Origin: Phycisphaerae bacterium
GTDB taxonomy: Bacteria > Planctomycetota > Phycisphaerae > UBA1845
DNA: 64,000 nucleotides
NCBI GenBank assembly: GCA_963666835.2
Contig: CAXXGO010000006.1
Location: forward strand, 1,984,001 to 2,048,000
Direction of reading: 5' to 3'
Shown here: one piece after another, positions 57,465 to 64,000 of the stretch
Layout: each line of letters begins with the position of its first letter
How positions within the stretch are numbered: position 1 is the stretch's first letter
Notes under the pieces: model-generated
What the model saw: only the letters and a program-made list of their open reading frames with translations
What the model was told of the DNA's origin: nothing
The model's database searches: none
Program-made: the position numbers and the translations under genes

Positions 57465-60093
57465 GCGCGGAGGTCGAGGGGACGTTGATGGCGATAGGGA
57501 TCGGCAAGCCCGGAAGCCGGCGACTTCCCTCGAGGAGATTCTCGACGAGTATCTCGAGGAACTGGCCGCGGGGCGGAGCCCGGACCAGCAGGCCTATATG
57601 GACGCCCATCCGGAGTTGGCCGACGCTCTGAAGGGCGTGTTCAAGACTCTGGATTTCGTCGAATCCACCAGCAAGTCTCTTAACGCTTCGAAGCTCCAGT
57701 GCGGTCAGCGGCTCGGCGACTACCGGATCATCCGCGAAGTTGCCCGGGGCGGTATGGGGGTAGTATACGAGGCGACGCAGACGTCGTTGAGCCGGCGCGT
57801 GGCGCTCAAAGTGCTTCCGCCCGGAGCGCTGCTGTCGGAATCGGCGGCGGAGCGCTTCGCCCGAGAGGCCGCCACCGCCGGGCGGCTCCACCACAGCAAC
57901 ATCGTGCCGGTGTACGGTGTCGGGGAGACGGACGGCATTCACTTCTATGCCATGCAGTTCATCGAGGGACGTTCTCTGTCGGAACATCTCAAGGCGATTC
58001 GGCGGGCGGGAACCGTTCCCGGTCGGGACTACTTTCGGCGCGTGGCCCGCTGGGGACGTCAGGCGGCGGAGGCGTTGGCGTACGCGCATGGCGAGGGGAC
58101 GATCCACCGGGATATTAAGCCGTCGAACCTGCTGCTCGACGCTCGGGACAATATCTGGCTGACCGATTTCGGTCTCGCCCGGGTTGATGCCTTAACTTCG
58201 ATTACGGTGACCGGGGATGTGGTGGGTACGGCCCGGTATATGTCGCCGGAACAGGCTCGGGGAGGACGTGCCCGTCTTGATGAGCGCACGGACATCTACT
58301 CGTTGGGGGCGACCCTCTACGAACTGCTCTGCCTGACCCCCGCTTTTGAGGGAGAGTCTCGCGAGGCGGTGCTCAACAGGATTGCCTTTGCGGATCCGAA
58401 ACGGCTGCGTCAGATTGATGCCAACATCCCTCGCGACTTGGAGACCATAGTAGCCAAGTGCATGGAGAATGAGCCCCAGCGACGTTACCCAAGCGCTGCG
58501 GATGTGGCCGAGGATTGCCGGCGATATCTAAGCAACGAGCCGATCCGAGCTCGACGTACTCCCGTTGCGGCGCGGGTCGTGCGCTCGATCAAGCGGCATC
58601 CGGTGCGCAGCGCGGGAGTATTCGCGCTGGTCATCCTGGCGGCGAGCACCGTGCTGTTGATGGCGAATTCGCGGCGGTTGGAGGGAGAGCGTTATCTCAA
58701 CCAGGCGTTCACGGCGGTGTTGTTTGACCGGGACTTCGGGCAAGCGGCGCACCTGCTTGACCAGGCGGAGTCGGTCGGGCACAGCTCGGTCGAGCTGGAC
58801 CTGTACCGGGGGTTGATTCCGTTGTTCGACAATCAGCCCCGGCGAGCTTTGCCGCATCTGGAGCGGGCTTTGCGAGTCGACCCTGATGCGGTGGAGGTCC
58901 GGCTGGCTTTGGCGCTGATGCACAACGCCACCGGTGATTTTTTCGACGGCGAGCGAGTGCTGAATTCCGTGCCCGAGTCTGAAACCACCACGGCGCTGGC
59001 GTGGCTATTGCGCGGACTTGCGCAGAGCAAGACGGATCGCAGTGCCGCAATCGCGGCATACGATCAGGCGATTGCCCTGCATCCGGACTTCACGCCGGCA
59101 ATAAGCGCCCGGGCGGAGTATCGGGGGACTCGGTTGCTGACCGAGGGCCGTCGCGAAGAACTGGAGCCGATGTTGAACGACTTCGACGCCCTCGTGGTAT
59201 TCCGCCCGCATTCGGCGGCATCTTACGTGGCCCGGGCGGGCGGCTGGTTATCCGCTGCCGCCTATGCCGCAACGCAGCCCGGCATGGCGGCAGAGCCCGA
59301 ACGCTGGCTGGCCAATTGCCGGGCGGATCTGGTGGATGCGTTGGCGTTGCGCGAGGAGGACGATTCACTCCCTCTGGTTCGACAAGGGGTCTTCCGGCGT
59401 TATCTGCGGGATTACTCCGGTGCGGCCGAGTCGTTTGCGGAGGCGATTAGGGTAGACCGCGCCGCCGGACGCGAACCCCATCCCTATCGAATTCACGAGC
59501 GAGGTGTTGCCCTGTACGCCCTCGGGGAGTTGGACGCAGCGCTGAACGAGGTGGTCCCGGCCCACGATGCGGCGCCGGACTATTGCCCCCTGGCCTTGCT
59601 CCGGGCCGCACTACTGGCGGAGACGGGGCGAATTGAAGAAGCCCGGGCGATAGGAACGGATAGCCTTAGAAGACAGCGGGCCAATGCCAACGGCTTGTTC
59701 ATGTCGGCGGTAGTGATGGAGTTACTCGGGGCTCAAAGCGCCGCAATGACGGCTCTCGAACAGTCTGCGGTTTCCGAACTCGCGGGAGAGAGTGCCGGCG
59801 TCGCAGGGCAGTCATCCGCCCGGCAGGCATACGCGTTTCTTACGGGCGGAATGGACGGGTCCGAACTGCTGGCGTTAGCCCGGGACGATCCGGGACGCCG
59901 TTGCGAATTCGCTTTTCTGATAGCCCTGCGCCGATTCGGCGAGACAGAGCGCGCCGCGGGGGCGCAAGCCTTGAGGACGTGCCTGGATACCGGCGTGTAC
60001 ATCTTCAGCGAGTATCGCATGGCTCAGGCTCTGTTGGAACGGGTGGAGCAGGACCAGCGGTGGCCCCGGTGGGTTCGTAGTTCCTCGCAGTGA
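57454..60093 (+). CDS. Hanks-type Ser/Thr kinase, TM, TPR region
   Basis: RGGMGVVY, VALK, HRDIKPSN, DFGLA, GT..YMSPEQ, DIYSLG; TPRs. Confidence 0.95.
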   Translation: MSSERGGRGDVDGDRDRQARKPATSLEEILDEYLEELAAGRSPDQQAYMDAHPELADALKGVFKTLDFVESTSKSLNASKLQCGQRLGDYRIIREVARGGMGVVYEATQTSLSRRVALKVLPPGALLSESAAERFAREAATAGRLHHSNIVPVYGVGETDGIHFYAMQFIEGRSLSEHLKAIRRAGTVPGRDYFRRVARWGRQAAEALAYAHGEGTIHRDIKPSNLLLDARDNIWLTDFGLARVDALTSITVTGDVVGTARYMSPEQARGGRARLDERTDIYSLGATLYELLCLTPAFEGESREAVLNRIAFADPKRLRQIDANIPRDLETIVAKCMENEPQRRYPSAADVAEDCRRYLSNEPIRARRTPVAARVVRSIKRHPVRSAGVFALVILAASTVLLMANSRRLEGERYLNQAFTAVLFDRDFGQAAHLLDQAESVGHSSVELDLYRGLIPLFDNQPRRALPHLERALRVDPDAVEVRLALALMHNATGDFFDGERVLNSVPESETTTALAWLLRGLAQSKTDRSAAIAAYDQAIALHPDFTPAISARAEYRGTRLLTEGRREELEPMLNDFDALVVFRPHSAASYVARAGGWLSAAAYAATQPGMAAEPERWLANCRADLVDALALREEDDSLPLVRQGVFRRYLRDYSGAAESFAEAIRVDRAAGREPHPYRIHERGVALYALGELDAALNEVVPAHDAAPDYCPLALLRAALLAETGRIEEARAIGTDSLRRQRANANGLFMSAVVMELLGAQSAAMTALEQSAVSELAGESAGVAGQSSARQAYAFLTGGMDGSELLALARDDPGRRCEFAFLIALRRFGETERAAGAQALRTCLDTGVYIFSEYRMAQALLERVEQDQRWPRWVRSSSQ

Positions 60094-60154
60094 CGAATAG
60101 ATGGCAGTTGCTGTAAGGGCGTACATTGCCGCTTCCCGGTCAGGAGGCGCTTTT

Positions 60155-62644
60155 TCAACGGCTGGTGTTGGTTGCGTGCCGCGTGGTTGACAGGTCCGGG
60201 TGGTGTGATTCAGACGGTGTTGCACCCTCGGCCTCTGTCGTTGGCAGACTGTCCAACCGCCAGCGGGCCAGATGATACTCGTTCATCGGGTCAAGTTGGG
60301 CGGAGTCCGGATCGAGCACGACCCCTGTCTGAACGCACTTGCGAAACCAGTCCCGGGCTTCGCCGATCTCGCCCCGGAGGAGGCACGCTTCCGCCGCGTA
60401 GTAGTAGCTCTCGCAGACCTGTTCGGGGTTCGCGAGGTTGGCGGACTTTACCAGTTCCGCCGGTGGCAGTTCCCCGGCCAGACACGAGAGGATCCGGTCC
60501 AGCCAGCCGCCCCGGACCGCGCCGCGCTGCGCGTTTCTTAGCACTTCGGACGCTTCCTCCTGCAGCACGATGTCCGCCTCGGCGGCCAAGCGCTTCTGAT
60601 CCGACAGCACAAGAAAAAGGCGGGCGTCGGCGAAGGACGGATGTCCGCGGATTTCGCGTACCGTGCGGTAGTCGGCCGCAGCCTCGTCCAGCCGGCCGAG
60701 AGCCCACAGCGCCGTGGCTCGTTTGTAGGATCCCCAGATCCGCTCCGTACCATCAAACTCGACCACGGTGGAGTAGTCCGCGGCGGATTCCTCATATTCG
60801 CGCAGGCAAAGGTGGGCAAGGGCGCGCAGCCGATAGGCGGCGACCGGTCTTCGGCTGGCGGTGATTGCCTGAGTACACAGGTTCACGGCCTCGCGATACT
60901 CCCCGTGCCGCACGAGGGCCTTTGCCCTAAGCATGATCCCGGCCGCAGGCCGGGCGTTGAAGCGAAGCCATTCCTCGGAAGTCCGCAGTGCTCGATCGGG
61001 CCGCTCGGTAAGAAGGGACAGCCGGGCTAAACGAGCCCATGCCAGGGAATGTTCCGGGTCAAGGTCGACGGCGTTTTCCGTGAGCGCGGCTGCTCGGTCA
61101 AGATCGAGCGTCGCGAAGGACAGCAGGTACGAAGTCTCGGCGTTATCCGGGAGCCCGGTGCATGATTGGGGTTCTCGATCCGGTGCTGAGGCGATGCCGA
61201 TCCTGCCGCGCATTTCGTCCAGAAGGGTCCGACACGCGTGCGGCGCGACGTCGTTGGCGATCGCGGTTCGCAACGTCTTGAAGGCAGTATCCACCCAACC
61301 TTCAGCTCCGTCTGCGCGGCGTCCCAGACGGAACTGGGCTTGGCTCCAGACGAGCACTGCCTCGGCGAGGTCCGGGTAGCGGTCGTAAAGGGCGTGGGCG
61401 GGACCAAGGGCGTACTCCACGCGCCCGGCCTCGATGTCGTTCTGGATTGCGAGAACCTCGCGGCGGGCTTCCCTGTAATCGTGAGTACGCTCATTTTGCG
61501 CGACTCGATCTTGCCACCATACTCCGCCCCAAAGGCACAGGGGGATCAGGGCGGCGACGACTACAACTGCGGTGACCTGCAGGCGGTGCTTGAGGAGCTT
61601 CTTGCGAATCACGTAGAAGCTGCTGTTGGGCCGCGCGAGGATCGGTTCGCCCTGGAGGTATCTTCTGAGATCGTCTCCAAGATCCGCTGCCGTGCGGTAT
61701 CGAAGGCCCTTCTCCTTTTGAAGGGCTTTCAATACGATTGTCTCGAGTTCCGAATCCACGTTCGGGGCGAGAGTTCTCACCGGTTCCGGATCGTCCTCGC
61801 AGATACGCCGGATTACCTCCGTGTGGCTTCCGTGTATGTCATGTGGGAATGACCCGGTGACGGATTGGTACAGCATCACCCCCAGGGCATACACGTCCGT
61901 GCGGGGGTCGACCTCCTCGACCGCTCCGGTAGCTTGCTCGGGCGAGAGGTAGGCTAAGGTGCCCATGACGTGGTCCGCCCCGGCGTTGCTCAGCGTGAGC
62001 GACTCCCATCCGTCGGTCTGTTCGATAGCTTTGGAAAGACCGAAATCCAGAACATGCGGGTGCCCTTCGGTGTCAACGAGAATATTGGCAGGCTTAAGGT
62101 CGCGATGGATGACGCCCTGGCGATGAGCGTGCTCGATCGCCGCGCATAACTCCAGGAAGACGGGGAGTCTCTCCGGCAATCCGGGCGATACCCCACCCAG
62201 CCATCGATCCAGCCGCATGCCGTGGATGTAGTCCATGGCGTAATAGGGCTGGCCAGTGGCGGTCTCTCCGCTCTCCAATACGCGAACAATGGCGGGGTGC
62301 TGGAAACGAGCTGCCAACTCGACCTCCCGCTTGAAACGCTGTCGCGCCGCAGGAGACGCAAACGGTCCGGCCAGCATCACCTTCAAGGCCACCGTTCGGT
62401 TGGTGGAAAGCTGCAGTGCCTTGTAGACGACTCCCATCCCGCCGCGCCCGACCTCACCCAGTATTCTGAATCCGGGTATCGAGTCTGCGCGGGGCAGATC
62501 GTCTGTCCGGTGGGCGAGGAGTGCTTCTGCTTCGAGTTCGGCGGATCGGATAAGATCTCGTTCACTGCCGGGCATGGACCGGTGATTTTCAGGGGGCGCT
62601 CCCGTCTGGCGGGGGTGGTTGCCGGTTTGTCGGTCTTTACGCAT
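60155..62644 (-). CDS. Hanks-type Ser/Thr kinase, TM, TPR region
   Basis: GRGGMGVVY, VALK, HRDLKPAN, DFGLS, YLSPEQ, DVYALG; TPRs. Confidence 0.95.
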   Translation of the reverse strand: MRKDRQTGNHPRQTGAPPENHRSMPGSERDLIRSAELEAEALLAHRTDDLPRADSIPGFRILGEVGRGGMGVVYKALQLSTNRTVALKVMLAGPFASPAARQRFKREVELAARFQHPAIVRVLESGETATGQPYYAMDYIHGMRLDRWLGGVSPGLPERLPVFLELCAAIEHAHRQGVIHRDLKPANILVDTEGHPHVLDFGLSKAIEQTDGWESLTLSNAGADHVMGTLAYLSPEQATGAVEEVDPRTDVYALGVMLYQSVTGSFPHDIHGSHTEVIRRICEDDPEPVRTLAPNVDSELETIVLKALQKEKGLRYRTAADLGDDLRRYLQGEPILARPNSSFYVIRKKLLKHRLQVTAVVVVAALIPLCLWGGVWWQDRVAQNERTHDYREARREVLAIQNDIEAGRVEYALGPAHALYDRYPDLAEAVLVWSQAQFRLGRRADGAEGWVDTAFKTLRTAIANDVAPHACRTLLDEMRGRIGIASAPDREPQSCTGLPDNAETSYLLSFATLDLDRAAALTENAVDLDPEHSLAWARLARLSLLTERPDRALRTSEEWLRFNARPAAGIMLRAKALVRHGEYREAVNLCTQAITASRRPVAAYRLRALAHLCLREYEESAADYSTVVEFDGTERIWGSYKRATALWALGRLDEAAADYRTVREIRGHPSFADARLFLVLSDQKRLAAEADIVLQEEASEVLRNAQRGAVRGGWLDRILSCLAGELPPAELVKSANLANPEQVCESYYYAAEACLLRGEIGEARDWFRKCVQTGVVLDPDSAQLDPMNEYHLARWRLDSLPTTEAEGATPSESHHPDLSTTRHATNTSR

Positions 62645-62652
62645 GTGAGCAG

Positions 62653-63270
62653 CTATGCGCTCAAGTAGCGCGAACGATGACCCAGGATCTCACGGAGCCG
62701 GCGATGGGCTCGAGCTCGGACCATGTAAACGGCTCCCGGGCTGCGGTGCAGCGTCTCGCTGACTTCCTCTACCGGACGGTTGTCGAGATCATACATCTGC
62801 ACAACGCGCCGGTAGGAATCCGGAAGTTCTTGAAGGGCCTCCTTCAGGACGCCGCATGCTTCGACTCGGGCAGCGCGACGACTCGGAGTGCTCCTGGTTA
62901 CGCCGATCATCTCGCATAGCAACAAAGAGGAATCCTCGGCCGTATGAAGGTCGACCCTGCGGAAGCGCTTACCGCGTCTTTCAGTCTGGAGCATCTTCAG
63001 AGCGTCCAGAAGATTGCATTTCGCCAACGACATTAGCCACCCGATGAAGGAACTCTCACCGTTGGGCACGAACCGAGCGATGTCTACGAATGCATCTGTA
63101 TAGGTTTGTTGCATTACGTCGTCGAGGGATAGCACGGCCTGCCAGCGGCGCGGGATTCTACCGTGAAGTCGTTGGCGAACGAGCGGGCCGTGGTGCTCGA
63201 GCAACTGCTCCAGGGCACGGCGATCTCCCTCGGCGGCGCGCCGCTGAAGAGAACTGCCGCATTCCTGCAT
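62653..63270 (-). CDS. ECF sigma factor (planctomycete kinase-associated type)
   Basis: GD..ALE.L, LSLDDVMQQ, F..WL, STPS, LP..YR.V, L.RS.GAV...RARA; GGAGG RBS before ATG 63270. Confidence 0.92.
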   Translation of the reverse strand: MQECGSSLQRRAAEGDRRALEQLLEHHGPLVRQRLHGRIPRRWQAVLSLDDVMQQTYTDAFVDIARFVPNGESSFIGWLMSLAKCNLLDALKMLQTERRGKRFRRVDLHTAEDSSLLLCEMIGVTRSTPSRRAARVEACGVLKEALQELPDSYRRVVQMYDLDNRPVEEVSETLHRSPGAVYMVRARAHRRLREILGHRSRYLSA

Positions 63271-63498
63271 CCGTTGACCCTCCACAAGCAGACCCATGTT
63301 ACTGGAATTGTAGCGTTAACACTGTTTGGGCGGCAAGAGGAATCGCCGAGTTGTCGAGAAAACCCGCGGATAATCACGGATTTCGCGTGAGAGCGACTCG
63401 TTTTTGTCGGTTTAACAAGAGGGTGTTCGTTAGTCTGCCTTGATTCGGGCATTCGCATGAGGGGCGGCGGTGCCCGGGCCGGGGGTGGGAGATGCGAG

Positions 63499-63753
63499 AT
63501 GGTACCAAGAGAAGCTGAATCCGGCAGATTGTGCTGTGATAAGCTGTTCTTCGCGGAGATTGTCGACGGAATTGTCGTTATGGAGTGCTGCTCGTGCGGA
63601 AGGCTATGGCGCGCGCGCGAGGCGGGAGCGTTGGTTCCTTACGCCGTGGGCGAGCCCACCCCGGTCCGCGAGGCGAATGCTCCAATACCGCGTACTCAGC
63701 CCGTTTCGCGAGTGTGCCGGTCCGCTCAAGCCCTCTCCGCAGGGCAAAGTTGA
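63499..63753 (+). CDS. Small hypothetical protein with Cys pairs (CC..CCSC)
   Basis: LCCDKLFF..MECCSCGRLW; GGGAG upstream. Confidence 0.45.
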   Translation: MVPREAESGRLCCDKLFFAEIVDGIVVMECCSCGRLWRAREAGALVPYAVGEPTPVREANAPIPRTQPVSRVCRSAQALSAGQS

Positions 63754-63783
63754 CGTGGGGGACGTTGCAGCGCGCGAGCACCG

Positions 63784-64000
63784 TCACGCCGAGTTATCCT
63801 GGTCGACCGTGCTGACTAGAAGTTGGGCAAGGTGCAGCGATGCCGCCGTAAGGTCGGAACGCATAGCCGAGGGGATAATCTGGATATAGGCGCTACCCGC
63901 GCGAAAGAACACGGCTCCGCCCACCTCATAGCCCTCCGATCCGACGGCCACCGCTGTGAGGTTGGGCGGTGCCTCGGCTCGATAGGCGAGGGCAGCCTGA
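63784..64000 (-). CDS. C-terminal fragment of a CDS entering from the right edge (DUF6599-like)
   Basis: Hand translation ..AYRAE..VGSEGYEVGGAVFFRAGSAYIQI..DNSA*; stop at 63784-63786. Confidence 0.6.
   Translation of the reverse strand, partial: QAALAYRAEAPPNLTAVAVGSEGYEVGGAVFFRAGSAYIQIIPSAMRSDLTAASLHLAQLLVSTVDQDNSA

Overview
GC-rich bacterial chromosomal window. The gene content points to a Planctomycetota genome, probably class Phycisphaerae (inference): giant Cys-rich GACC-repeat surface proteins, ECF-sigma/Ser-Thr-kinase pairs, CxxCGY..CPECG membrane proteins and a PQQ propeller. About 37 credible CDS are present, including birA, a GT39-like glycosyltransferase, an orphan RND adaptor and a distant RND+TolC pair, a 1837-aa pseudokinase-PKD-FGE membrane protein, an IPTL-CTERM protein, a ~1577-aa Cys-rich protein, REC-GGDEF-HD-GYP, murQ-GHL10-ROK, an OlsF-like acyltransferase and two convergent ECF-kinase pairs. 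I saw no rRNA, tRNA, CRISPR array, transposase or reverse transcriptase. Several intergenic regions are mosaics of REP-like palindromes. The best candidates for something new are: (1) a catalytically truncated Lnt-like membrane protein ending in a RAPP arrest-like motif, upstream of a surface-protein gene, with a promoter that shares motifs with the promoter of the second giant surface protein; (2) a REP-flanked island encoding a secreted precursor with a Cys-bracketed hydrophobic C-terminus and an in-frame amber codon, followed by tandem variable-TM/conserved Zn-ribbon membrane modules; (3) a three-hairpin, C-rich-loop sRNA candidate at 4706-4798. All family assignments come from motif recognition by eye; no searches were run.
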